A stretch of DNA of 60,571 bases, filler included, from Diploschistes diacapsis (lineage: Eukaryota), in NCBI GenBank assembly GCA_023645945.1. It is 5 parts of 5 records of this genome, joined end to end, with 100 filler letters (N's around TTAATTAATTAA, not from the genome) between each part and the next. Parts side by side here need not be neighbours in the genome. Positions count along the whole stretch, not along the records: positions 7,587 to 37,823 come from JALAIB010000128.1; positions 37,924 to 45,409 come from JALAIB010001280.1; positions 45,510 to 52,992 come from JALAIB010001281.1; 2 more parts are not named here. The stretch is one strand, 5' to 3'. Positions within the stretch are counted from its first letter, which is position 1. Every line of letters starts with the position of its first letter. This document shows positions 36,860 through 49,787 of the stretch, in pieces. The translations under genes and the position numbers were made by a program. Under the pieces are notes generated by a model. The model was not told where the DNA came from. It saw only the letters and a list, made by a program, of their open reading frames with translations, and made no database searches.

Positions 36860-37823
36860 CCGAGTTTGACCATGACTGAATTGGCAAAGCTATACCTACA
36901 TTCGCGAGAGCCTGGTTGTTGCTCGTGGTACAGGCTGTGCTTGATATTATGGGGATTTGACGTGTATTCGAAGGTCAAAGGGTCCATCTCGTTCTATGGC
37001 GTTACAGCTTTGGTGATGCGGGATTGCCTAGGGCTCCTAAGATGTCCTCTTGCTTATAATTTTACGGTAAGTGGATGTGTGGCAAGCAAACCCACTTTAA
37101 TTGGGGTAGGCTGGTGAAGTTGATTTGCTTGCAGCCACTGTGTCGGATATAGCTAGGCTTGCTGAGAATCCTGTGGATCTTGAGGATGATTCGAGCGCAA
37201 TGAAATCGCGTTTGCTAGGAGTGCTACAAGTCTGGAGAATGCTATAAGCGCAGTGACACTAAGGAAAACGAGTACTCAGTCTGATCTAGGTTCCTAAAAG
37301 TTGAGTTGAGTAAATAACTCAGCTGATAGGTAATCAGGATTGTCGAATCACTTCGATTAGCTATCAATGGTATTTATATTGTCCATCGAGCTTACTGACT
37401 GATGCAATCCTGTTATGTACGCTCAATAATTTGCCTCTTAGGACATACATCGATGATCTCCTTTCTTGCTGCCATCTACAGCACATCACATGGGGCCTCA
37501 ACATACCACCCGCCGCGCTGGCTGCACCCGCTTCTTTTACATAGCGGCCAAAGCCACTCATCCATATCCTATAGGCACAGAGATCGAAACATACAGACAC
37601 TAAGAAACACAATACCGTAAGACGGTTATTACGAAGAAAATGGTACAGTACAATCTACTGGTCTATCCAGTATGAACAACATATACTAAATAGACAGCCT
37701 ACCTGTACAGCAGCAGTTTCTCCTGACGCAGGTTAGGCCCAACCATACGTATAGCTGTATCCAAGGAAAAGCCCGTTGCAATCATACATAGAATACCTAT
37801 AATGTTTGGGGAACCCTCGCCCC

Positions 37824-37923
37824 NNNNNNNNNNNNNNNNNNNNNNNNNNNNNNNNNNNNNNNNNNNNTTAATTAATTAANNNNNNNNNNNNNNNNNNNNN
37901 NNNNNNNNNNNNNNNNNNNNNNN
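37824..37923. other. Artificial contig-joining spacer
   Basis: 44N-TTAATTAATTAA-44N. Confidence 0.97.
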
Positions 37924-39206
37924 GTTATAGATGGACTTGTTAATGGGGAGGGAGAGATTGGGGATCAAGGAGGCGGAAAGGAGAATGTGAAGGGAAGGGC
38001 AGGGGGATTGGGAGAAGGGAGGTGACGTTGGGGGGAAAATTAGGTGGAAGGAAGATTTATAGAACGGGGACAAGAACGGGAGGGGGACAGGGATAAGGAT
38101 ATGGATAGGAAAGAAATAAGAAAGAGAAATCGCCATGTGAAATGTTTGGTTGTGCGGGATATGTTTTTTATGCTATGTCTCCTGCATATATACTTATTCT
38201 GCCACAGTCGTAACGTTCCCCCACCCCCCTCAACTCTTTTTTTCTTTTGGCCGCTTGGATCGGAGATTCAGGGGTTGTAGAATGGAATAGAAAACGGGAG
38301 GAAAACGGGGAGCAGGATTTAAGCCGGACGACCTTTTTTCAAAGGGGGGAAGTACTTACCTCCGTAGGTCTTGAGGCTGGTCTTGTCCCGGTGTACACAT
38401 ATATATGCATATACGTCTGGAGAAATGCAATAAACGCTTCTTTAACCCTTCCGAATGTGGGCCCGATCCGTTGCTGCAAGTAAGGAAAGATATTGCTTGA
38501 GCTGAAGTCCGAGTGTATCTGAAGTCCGAGTGTATATATAGTAGGGTAAACGCTGGACGGCGGAACTTGATAAGGTGATCTAGTACCCTCACCTATCTAT
38601 CCTCTGTAGAGGCAAAGGGGCAGGAGAGCTCAGTGATACGATGATGATACGGGGTGTTCTGTACTATACATTAGGTATTATATCTAGTGGCTTCGATTCC
38701 AATTATGTCGTATGTACAGATCCATAATTATCTCCATGCCCTCCCCCATTCACCGCCCATGACATCGCATTACCATCACCCTTCCTTCGACAGATGTGTG
38801 CTGGTTCTACTAAGGCCGTCCGTTCTCTCCGTCACTGATACGCGAGCATGCTCGCTGTTGCAAAGACTCTTCTCCCTTCCCCTCTTCCTCTCAAACCCCT
38901 GCATGACATAAGGCCCGCTGCCTCTTTACACACCACATGCAGTAGAGTCCTTGTTTTACTTCGAAACCCGTCTATCCCAATGCCAATGCTATCGCTAAAC
39001 AAAATATGTGCTGATAACCTGATGAGCAGACGTGGTCAAGGGATCTCGTTCCCTTTCCCAAAGAAACGTGCTGTGCGGCGAGGCTCTGCAGAGAACAGAA
39101 AACGATTCCAAGTGCTCCGTGGCTAGCAGGCGAAAGCCGTCATCATAATGCAATAACAATCATGTTCAATAGGATTTTGGTACCCTGCTCAGCCGATATT
39201 ATGATA

Positions 39207-41763
39207 TTATCTCATTATTATTAACCCGAAGCCATCGACGCAAGGCCCGAAAGAGCCCGAGATTCCGGCGATGGTGTAGCCACGTGGAGGCATCAAAGTA
39301 TGTCTCCGAAGATTAGCTTAGACCTCAAGATGTTGCAATGACCCAAACTCACCCAGAGCCCCCAGTGGCGTTGCCGAAGAAACCGGAACGCCGACCCAAT
39401 GTTGTAAGGATTTCGATACCATCCACCCACGTTCCCGCCCTCACGAAAAACCCGGACAACAGCTCACCGCTTCGTGTATTAAGTTTGAAAGTAGATTCCT
39501 CGCCACCACGTTTGCCGAATATGCAAGATGAGCCATCCTCGTAAACAAACTCCAAACCATCCAGAGCAAAGCCATGATGTATCTTCATGGCCACAAGAAG
39601 CTTCTTGGAGTCGAAAGCGTGCGGAAAGAACAGATTCTGATGTTCAGTGTTCGGTTGACTCGAGTCCCCGTACTTTGACCCCATGAAACCAGTCATACCC
39701 TTTGGCATCTTAACTTTGACAACCGCCTTGCCGATGTCTTGAACCACGTACTTGCCACAGCCATGAGAGAAGATATCCAAGGTGAGCTTCCTGCTCTTGA
39801 GCCCCGGAGGCAGTCGGCTCCGGAGATCGTTCTCTGTCAGCAGAACTTGCCTCGGGTATCCCTCAGGTGATTCTGAGTATTCGATCCAAGTATCACAGAA
39901 GCTCTCGCCTTCTGGCCGCAGCTCGATGAAACTGATCCCGCTCTTGGCCGTGACGATCAACCGGCCCTGATCGATTGCCCACACAGACACGCCATCTTCG
40001 CCATTGACAGGCGTGTCAGTGATGAGCTTGAAGCACGGATGAGATCGGAACCGCAAAGCATCTAGCCTGTGCCACGCGCACTCCTGCTCTGGTAAACATG
40101 GTTGCAATCCTGGTTGTCTCGTCTTTGTTGAGTACGGCTCTCGCGTCAAGAACGACCTGTTGAAAACACCGTAGTCTTGAAGCATGATACCTTTAGACTG
40201 ATGAGGGCAGCCAAGCACGTGGCCGACCTCATGAAGGTGTGCGCCGAGTCCTGCTCCAATTAATCTTCAATCCACGTAAAAGTCAATGTTTCCATGTTGC
40301 TTACCTGTGCAGGCAGCTTGCCAATGTTGGCCACTATCATCGCCACCTTCAGCTGCTACGAAATCTGTATTTGTTTTGGTGCAGTCTGTGAGAGCGGGCA
40401 CCACGTCTTCTAACGAGCTCGGGTAGGTATGCAACTCTTGCGATCCGAACACAGCCACCTGCATGCTCCCGTCACCGCCACCGAGAGCCGCATGACCCCT
40501 AATCACTTGGTTTTGTGCGTCCCAGTGGGCATCAAGTATCAAGACTGCAACGTGGTGTGTCTGTCCGGGTTTCGGTTTGAAGTATTCCTTCATGTCCTCC
40601 ATGGCCCAGCCCCAGAGGTCCCCCTTTCGCTGAGCAGCGTTCCACTGCTGAGCAACATCGAGATCTTGTATTTCGGCAACGGTCCTCTTCGATCGAACGA
40701 CGTGAATCTTTGTTTCGTTTCTCATCTGACCCGTTTCCAGGTCTCGCTTTGATAGAGTTCCTTGCTGCCATTCTTCTTCAAACCGGAATGATCTCCTACC
40801 AAACCCGTTACGGTACATGCATTCTGCGGTAAACGCCGCCCACAAATGACCGGCCATTCGGTATTTCCTTACCGCACAGTCTAGGTCTTTCCCTTCTTTC
40901 TGCACTTTCTCCGGCGGCGCATCGAATGTGCAGGGCGAATCTCTACCAACAAGAATTGCCATGTGCAAAGGCGGGATTGTGGCGAGTGGGAGGTAATTGA
41001 TGTGGAATGTCGAGCTATGCATGGTATTGGAGGAGTTATGGTTGACTAACTTTGGGGATGAAAATTCCAAGCGGATTTCGTTCGGCCCGGGGTTGAGGTG
41101 GACCAGTGCTTTAAAGTGAGAGGCACAAACTTGCCATGCCGTTGGAGGAAAGGCACCTTGGTGATGGTGGACGGTCAAGGTTCCGTCGAGCGGGCGCTGC
41201 TCTTGTCCGCCCGCCTGCCCATAGATCAAGAAGACCTTTGCGTGGACCTAAAGCTTGTCAGAGCTTCGGCTTGTTACCTCCCACACTTGATTTAACTTAC
41301 CCAAGAATTTTCCGAGACTGACAACACCTTCGGGGCATAAAGTGACTCGGGTACTCGGGGCACTGGTGTCATGGAGGAGGAAAATGAGCCCTGCTCGACC
41401 GTTAGTGCGTTGTCTGTTGATCAAGCAGCGGTTACCCACTGTCATGCTGTATCTTTTGTTACCCTGTGCAGGAATCGGAGAGGGTCGTTGCTGCGGGGAT
41501 ATAGGGCCTAGTGGCATTTGACCTGCAATTCCAGGTGGAGTCTTCGTTCCATTGCTACCGTTAGGAGATCCGTTCCGACCTAGCTTTGAGATGGTGAGGC
41601 TGGATAAGGAGTGGCTGAGGGTAGTCGATGCCGTGGATGCGGAATTCAGGGTAGAGCTTGATCTGGTGGTCGGGGTGTTTCCGCTCGATTTGCTCTCATC
41701 GGAAGCGCTATCTTGGTGGAAGTTAGCTTTCGGCCGCCGCCTGAGGTCCTTGAAAAACGGCAT
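39207..41763 (-). CDS. Zinc metallopeptidase with C-terminal jacalin-like lectin domain (YIL108W-like), 5 exons
   Basis: HFKALVHLNPGPN, GHAALGGG, HLHEVGHVLGCPHQ (HExxH), WHRLDALRFR, jacalin-type GFALDGLEF..DGIEILTTLGRRS; four introns restore frame. Confidence 0.88.
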
Positions 41764-43234
41764 TGAGGGCCAAAGCTTTTGGTAAGCTGATAACGCTGGA
41801 GTCGGTTGCCCGTGAAACAGTTGCCCAATGGACACGAAATCTTTAAACGACTGTCTCTGACCTCAAGTCTGCGTCACAATCAAAAATCATCCGGAAGTCA
41901 ACGAGCGGCTTGGGAAGGATATAGTGCCGAAAGTGACGGCAAGAAGGAGTGAAAGTGACCCCTTCCCCTGGTGATTCAAGCAAGATAGAAAGGATCCGAC
42001 CATATGGCAATCGAAGGTGGGAGCGGTTGCAAATTAACGTTTTCGTATCCGTACTACTATACCAACACCATGTGACAAGGGCAATCTCTAGATTCTCTAC
42101 TCACAAAGAGCTTTAGGGAGGATGGCCCACCGGGGGCGCTGAGACGCAGGGGGCCAAAGGGGGCCAAAGCAGGGGGCAATCAAGGTTCAGAATCCTTGGA
42201 CGATAATACGATAATCAAGGAACGAACTGAACTGTGTGCCCCAAAGATATCTGTCGGTGATAATAATGGTTAGATAATTAATCAATTCGTTACATTCCAA
42301 AGTTGGCAAATCAACCATGTAAAAACCCAGATATGAGTAATACTCAATCTCTTTTCACCAGCCTCGCATGTTAATTAATACATTCATTATACTCCAGATA
42401 CAGTCCGCTACTGTTTTTCCTACCCACAATTAGCCATGACAGTATCGTTAATGATCACACATTTAAATTAAAACTTAGTGCGGCATCGCTTGGCGTCAAT
42501 TATCTCCGTTGGATTCCCCTTTTGGGTATCCCGTTGAAGGGAGCTGCCGCGACCGTTAGATCTGTCTCCCTCTTCTCCACTTGCTGTGCACAAGAGAGAG
42601 GAGACTGCAGGCTATAGCTACAAACTATAGCTACAAGGCCAGGGCAAGAGCGATTACCATCACATCAAGCTAATTTATATGTTACCGGATTTGATTTATA
42701 GGACTTCGAAAGTAGGAGGTACCCGCAGCCATGCTCCGAACAAAACAACTAAACCAACAACTTTCCATCAACCATTAGGCCTAGTTTGCAGTTTGTATGA
42801 ATCGCCGATTGTAAGAATTTGAGGAAGATCCAATTGGCGCCATGCCGTCTTAAATCCGCGCATTTTAAAAGTCAACCAGTCAAACCCAGTCTCCTGGCCC
42901 CTCCACCAACCATGAATGTGCTCACGGCACTGTACTTGTAGTCAACCCGTCTCGATAGAACAAAAAGCATAGCATCCTCACCCGCCCAATCCATCTTTGA
43001 CCTCTACGCTTCAAACCTTCTAGTAATTCACGCATCGTGAAAATATTTCATCGAAGCATTTTCTGTAGCACTGTCAATCCCTTCGGAGGTCTCTCTGCCG
43101 TGCACTTCCCGCTTTTAGCCCAACCCTGCAAGCGCTTCCACATCTCATCCCTTCTCAGCTATACTCGACTTTCGCCCTTACTGCGATTCACCACAGCAGC
43201 ATTGGATGGTCTCAGACAAGAGTAACGATTCACA

Positions 43235-44423
43235 ATGGCCGAGATATCTAGCAACCTCGAAGGAAAGCTTCTTCGCAGGGCAGAAATCGCCAAGGTAAGA
43301 TTACCGCCTTTTGCTTGATTCACCCTATGCCTTTTTACCGGAACAACCTTCCTTGAAAAGATGAAGCTTACAGTAAATCCTCTTACAGATGAGTCGAAAG
43401 TTGCAAGACTGCTTGGCCTTGGCCTCCTACAAGAATCGCAATGGTTTCGACCGTATGAGCTTCAGTCATGTCGAGGCCCACTACCATGACCAGCTGAGAA
43501 AACGGGCCGGCGGTCCCTCCAGCGTTGTCTCTTCCCCCTCCTCAAGCACATCCATGTCCGACTATCCTCCCTACTCTCGCAACAATCGATCTTCCCCATC
43601 GTCTGCCCGACTCTTCTCCGACGACCAATACTTCCACAGTAGCGAACTTGGGCCGAGGAAAAGAGCTAGGTTCGAAAATGACTACTTGGGCCCCACGCCA
43701 AAAGCATCCCGCCGCAGGTCAAAAAAGAAAGCCACAAAATCCCACGACAACCTCGTGAGCAAAAGCTGGAAGGCGCAATACTCTCTTCCCCAATCATCTC
43801 CATTGGCCAATCGATTCCAGCCAGATTTCCGCACCTCCCATGGACCGAACATATCCTTTGCCTCAGTTGCCTCCACCATTCCAGCATCACCCCCATTCGG
43901 TCCCGTTCGGGAGGACGATGAGCCCGGTCTGCCACCGACGTTCCACAGCTCGCCACCCCGAACCCCGCCTACCCTTCCGCGCAGCCTGCGCAGCCGCAAC
44001 ACTGGCGTTCATGCCAACGAAGGGAAAGAAGGTGCGGACCTGCTACTCTACCTCGCGACATCCCCTTCGCCGGCCCATCCCAAGGGCAACTCCCGCGCCT
44101 TCCCACCGTCTACTCCGCCGAGCCATCATACTCCTCTGCCGTCGTCGATGATGAATACCCCGGGCGCTGGCTACAACGTGATGGGCGGCTTCAGTACTCC
44201 AGGGCAGAATTTCAACTTTGCCGATTTCGTCAACGTGACGCCCAGTCCGGCACAGGGGGCTTTTGGCAGTCGCACGCCAGGCCTCACCAAAACGCCGCTT
44301 GCTGCTAAAGAAGCTCGGAGGAAGCTGAACTTTGACAATCTCATTCCGCCAAATGGCAGTCCGACTATGACTCGGCCCGGGAGGGGACTGGGGATGGAGC
44401 TTGGTGGGGATTTGAGGCCTTGA
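43235..44423 (+). CDS. Whi5/Nrm1-like G1/S transcriptional repressor-domain protein, exons 43235-43294, 43389-44423
   Basis: KLQDCLALASYK..NG..MSF..VE (GTB/Whi5-like motif), EGADLLLYLATSPSP, FNFADFVNVTPSP, many SP/TP CDK-type sites. Confidence 0.72.
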
Positions 44424-45409
44424 ACAGCATCACCACCTCCCTTTCCTTGGCTATCGAATTACCATTGTCTGCGCTCCATCGTATCTAATGATTCACGAAG
44501 CTCACGTCAATTTCCTGCGACCTCTTTTGAGGTCTAGACACATCAAGCTTCATATGCCACATTCGCGTCCATGATGATCAAATGGGTTGGTATTGCATTT
44601 GGCATTTTCTATGTACTTTGCAAGAACATTCGGACTGCCGGTCAGCCGTTCGCACCAAGTGCAGTCCTTCCATGGGGTTTCAGCAGAGAGGTTTCGAGGG
44701 TGGTCCGATCTGTTTCAACACGGGAGTATCAGGGGAGGGGCTGTAACAGTTCAATTGGAAATGGTGTGGTTCTCTGCAACGACACACCCGCTTTATACTA
44801 GCATCACGTTGCGATTGTTCACATTGCTGCTCCGTATTCACGCTTCATGCTATTTCACTGTACTGTGCTGCATGCATAGCGATACAAGGAAAAGAGGCTG
44901 GAACCATCACGCGTCACAGTAACGGTGGGTTCACAGGTTGTCACCCCAAGCAACCAGGCTATCTTTACGAAACGCCCAACAAACGGGGCTGATTCCATCG
45001 CGCATATCGAGTAATGGAACACATGCAGGCATCAGCCTGCCCAGTTTGCGGGGAGGATGGGGACAGGGCAGGAAAGGGTAGGGTGAGATGAAATTAGGAT
45101 AGGATAGATAGATAAGAAGGAACAGCCGATTAATCACGAGCTAGTCAGTGGCACAGTGCCAAAACTCAATGCAAGTCAGATCTCGAGCCTTTCAGCGCGC
45201 AAGCTACCAAGCACTATCGAGCACACACATACGCACGCATAACATGCTCGCCATGCTCACCGTCATGACAACGCTCCTTCACGCCTCCATCGCCTATTCC
45301 AGTCCACTTCAAATTCCCGCAATTCCATGGTATCCGACGCGCGTCGACACACCGCCGATCCTCCCCCTCCTCCCCTTCCACGAGATACATTATATTATAG
45401 GTATATACC

Positions 45410-45509
45410 NNNNNNNNNNNNNNNNNNNNNNNNNNNNNNNNNNNNNNNNNNNNTTAATTAATTAANNNNNNNNNNNNNNNNNNNNNNNNNNNNNNNNNNN
45501 NNNNNNNNN
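45410..45509. other. Artificial contig-joining spacer
   Basis: 44N-TTAATTAATTAA-44N. Confidence 0.97.
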
Positions 45510-45923
45510 CAATGGGTCCATGGTCGGTCCGTGGGTATGGCTCGGCATCCTATTGTGTACGGTTTGCTCGAAGACTGATGTTCGTGTTTCGAACTCAGGC
45601 TTGACACGGCGTGGCGGTCTTGGTTGCATATACGAGGGGAAGTTACGAGGTACCGTTTACGATGCAAGTGGAAACCCCTGCATAGTGTTTGAGGCGATAC
45701 CGTTACAGATCAAGGAGTGGAGATAGAGGGAGAGAGTCGATATCGATCTACTGAATTAGGAGATGCTTGCAAGGAAGGTGCTTACGTAATAGTTTATTTC
45801 ACGATTGCGGTAACCAGGTATATATATATATATACACGTGAATATCAAGGATATATGACGGCGGCATGTTTAAGAACCTAAAAAGTTTGCCAGGGCTGCT
45901 CGGAAGTATAAAATAAAAACCTT

Positions 45924-46560
45924 TCATTTCCTTCTCTCAAGCGCTAGCCTCACGCCCCTCCTTAACCTGATAAACCTGCGCAAAGCGCCCGAACCCAACT
46001 TCGCCTCCACGTACATCCTCACCACCAGCTCCCTCTGCGCGTCGCCGTTCCCCGGCGGCCCGACCCCGGTCGTAATAATACGTCGCGGCGAACTCGTCCC
46101 CGCCAGCGCGCAGAAGCTCTCGGCATTATTGATGCGCAGCTGCCACGGGTGCTCGCGGGAGCGGTCGAAGACGAGGGTCGTGAGGCCCGCGCGGGAGAAG
46201 TAGGATGGGAGCTCTTTGATCCACCTGTTGTTGACGGTTACGAGGGTTTTAGTATGTACGCAGGAGGGATGGGTTCGGGCTGATGAAGATTCTTTATTGG
46301 ATTTTTGAATCATGCAGGTATGCTGGAAGACTGGTCTGGGGCTGGGGAAGCGAGCGGGGTGCGGAGCTGAAAGGAAAGGGATGCGGTGAGAGGCTTGATT
46401 GACGATACTTCAACGGCCGCCCGTTATCCTCCATCATGGCTTTTCGCCTGCTCGATAAACTTTCTCTGTGCTCTCTATCGGCGACCTGTAGAGGCTGGTA
46501 CCAACTGGCACCCGGGCCTGAGAGAGAGATACGTACCCGGCTAGTACCTTACGTAAGCAA
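45924..46560 (-). pseudogene. Possible remnant of a SAM-dependent methyltransferase (last exon recognisable only)
   Basis: After a CAG acceptor (~46226): WIKELPSYFSRAGL...QRELVVRMYVEAKLG resembles C-termini of fungal class I methyltransferases; no SAM-binding motif found upstream. Confidence 0.3.
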
Positions 46561-46979
46561 AGGATCACGTGCCGTTATGCACGAATGCACGTTGCTGCGG
46601 TCTTGTGTGTTGCACTGCAGCTATCGTTTCGGTGTGAGGCCGATTGGTTTATCGTCTGTTCCAATCGGGGGTAGCGCCTGGTGGCTGGAAGTCAGGCTCA
46701 GGTGAAGATTAAGCTAGATACTTAATACTTGCGGTGGAATTTGTCTTTCTCATTTACCCCAAATTCCAGCTGATATTATTTATGCAGGTACATCGCATCA
46801 AGCCTCTAACTAAAAAGGAGCAAGAAGGCTGTTAGGCTGTACTCGTGGAAAGCAGCTTGCATTGTACTCATTTCCCGTTGGTCAAAACGCCATCATCATA
46901 AATATGATTACCACATTGGTGTGGCGAACAACACAATTTTCACCTAATGTGTGTGATTTCCCCTTTTGACTTTTAACAC

Positions 46980-49465
46980 TTACAGGACATTGTTCGTGAA
47001 CTCGTTGAAAACGGTCATCTCCTCGAACCTATCCACCAAACTGTCTACCTGTGCCGCATCCCTGTCGGTCACAGCCAGATCGAGATCCAAGAAAAAGCCC
47101 CCTTGCCTCCTTTTCCGGGGCTGCGGACGAGAGTTTCTAGCGCGGAGCGCGCGGATGATCAGCTGGCCCTCGGAAATGGTTATGACAGTGGCGTCGATGG
47201 CCATTGCGAGCAAGCCTTGGATAACACCTTCCATCACCACGAAAGAAGGGAAGAGATTTTGATAACAGCCAATGCAGAACAGAAAGTGACGTCGTGCCTC
47301 GGGGTCTTTCACCTCTTTGAGCACGGCGTTCGCGACATTTATGAGGCCGTGGGGCCAGGTCGCGGTATAGTCTGCAGAGGGATGCCGAGTTCTGTAGAGC
47401 AGATTGAGACGTTTGAGCTGCTTTACTGATGCAGCAAATATGGCTTCTAACGATGTCGCAGACGCAGACCAAGGCCGGAAACCGTGCTGCTGTTCGTCCA
47501 AGATAAACGGGCGGAATATCTCAAGTATGACGACATGATACCAGATGCTTCGGGATAGTAAGCAAGCAACCTCTGATGGATGCAGGGGAAAGAAAGCAAG
47601 CTTACTGAAAAACAATTACATGGGCCATGCTGAATTTGTCCGGAGTCATCGATGCGGGTAGGTTATCGACCAAAGATAGAAGCTGATCATACTTCGATAG
47701 AGCATGTGTCACTGGTATGTCCTGTCGCCTCTCTACACGTTGGTTAGTTGCCAGTAACCCAGACGCAATAGCCCAGAAGGCGCAGAGCGATGTGAATACG
47801 TGGCCTGGGCCTGTAACCAATGGGGTCAAGATATCTGTTCCGTTATTCCAGAGTTCGTTTTCCTGCTGTTGGCCAGGAATTGGTAAAGTTGGCGGATAGT
47901 CTGTGGCATTAGATAACCCATAAACAGAATGCATGCTAATCTCATCAGCAATGTCCCTGATCAACCTGAAATCATTGATCCTTCGACCCACGGGCGTACG
48001 TAATCACGTTGAAAGCTCCCCATGCGGCACATATCGTTGCCTTCTGATTCTCGCTTGAGAGTAGACAGAGCTCTTCAACCCTGAGCGTGTCTGGCACACC
48101 AAACAGTCTCCTCTTAACAGCTATCTCAGATACATCCATGAGGTGGCTCCTGCCCACTTTGCTCTGGCCGTGGGTGGTGAAGGAAAGGAATAGAAGAGGT
48201 AAAGCAGCAATGGAACAGAAATCGTCCGCACTGCTATCCTCACGCCAGATCCTCACAGCCTCTTCTTCAAATTCATAGCTTTTGGAGAAAGCCTGAGAGT
48301 CTTTGACAACATACGCTTGCTAATTGAACGGTTGGTACCAGACTTTCTGAAATGCTCAGAACTCACGGATGCGAAGGCCAATAGCGCATTGACCAGAAAA
48401 CGGGAACAATGATCAAGCTTGCATTGCAACAAGGAATCCACGAACAGCTGAGTGTCAAAGAGACCAAGGACAGGATGGTCCGTTTCCAGGTAGAGTGAGA
48501 TTGCGCCCACGGCATACTGATCACTAACCACGACCTTCGTACAGAAGGCAATTGTCAAGCGGCGCAAAATGGAGCAAAAATAGCGAGCCACCGATCCTGG
48601 TTCGACCCCGATGCTGTCGGCATCTGCATACACGATTAAATAAAGACCCAGCCAAACTGGAGCCAGTACTGAGTACTTTACCTATAGTGGTTTCACTCGA
48701 TGAACAGGCAATGGGTGGCGGATGCCCTTGACTTGACAGTTCCCCTGCGGAGGCTTGCAGAATAGCGGAAGCGTCTACGCCAAATACAGCTTCCTGCTCG
48801 TAAAAGGTACAATGCGAGTACGCTGCGCGATCGGTTGGGTCGAACATTGGATAAGCTGTTGGGTGCTGCGCCATCAACTGCAATTCGATTTCGGAATGCA
48901 CTGCGGGCAGTAAGCTGAGCGCCGTCAGCTGGTCCGACGGGCGATAGCCCAACCGTCCTTCAACGGATCTAATGAACTCGAGCATGGCGGAGGGATCAGA
49001 GGTAGCCCTAAGTCTGTGTAGCGTGATCCGGGCGACCTCGTCGGGCACGCATTTCAGACGGTTCACAAGCTCCTCCAGGGCTTTTGTCCTTGTTTTCAGG
49101 GATTCATTTTCACGCTTGAGGGCCATGGTGGATGTCTCCGTCTCGTCTTGGCTCACGTACACACATTGGAGAGACCGCAGTCGACATGATGTACAGACCG
49201 GCCTGCTGCCGTCGCACTATCCCGCACTCCCGTTAGACGCTCTCTGGAGCTCGACCAGGGATAGAGCACACAGTCGGGGGCGCGCGGGATGCGAGGAAGG
49301 ACTCACGGCTAACTTCTTCGCTCGACAAGTGTTGCATGCCACTCTCGTAATGTTCAAACGCTTCCTCTTCGGTGCTGCCATGGGCTCCGGAGCAGGTGGA
49401 GGTGAGTGCTCCGTTAAAGGCGCGAAAGCGGGCAGCAGAGGTCTGTAGCCTTTCTGCTCACTCAT
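46980..49465 (-). CDS. Zn(II)2Cys6 transcription factor with fungal middle homology region, multi-exon
   Basis: ACNTCRAKKLA|CDGSRPVCTSCRLRSLQC across intron 1, coiled coil, LYLETDHPVLGLFD, FLVNALLA, AAWGAFN, IWYH..ILEIFRPF; internal exon boundaries approximate. Confidence 0.88.
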
Positions 49466-49726
49466 TGCATCTCACAAAGCCACCTTCCTCGTATTATCTC
49501 CAGGAAGCGAGGCGAGCTCTTGCAGCTTGTCCATAGGGGGTGGCAAAAAGCGAGCGCTTTATATTCCAGATCGGCGGTTATGCCTGGTGGCGAAAGACGA
49601 ACTTGTGCAGTATTGAAACTAGCCATCGGGGTGGCAAATGAATGCAATGCGGCCGGAGCCACATCCCGCACGGGAACAGCGCCAATTGGCGGGTTGTGGA
49701 GAAGGGAAGGGAAGGGGAAGGCAGGC

Positions 49727-49787
49727 ATAGGCCATGGGCCATGGGCCATGGGCTATGGGCTATGGGCTATGGGCTATGGGCCGTGGG
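49727..49787. repeat. 7-bp tandem repeat (ATGGGCC/ATGGGCT)n, ~8 units, upstream of the Zn2Cys6 gene
   Basis: Directly visible. Confidence 0.85.

Noticed and set aside
38502..38535. 17-bp tandem duplication (similar 11-13-bp ones near 42149 and 42612)
   Set aside because: Two-copy slippage duplications in intergenic DNA with no further structure.
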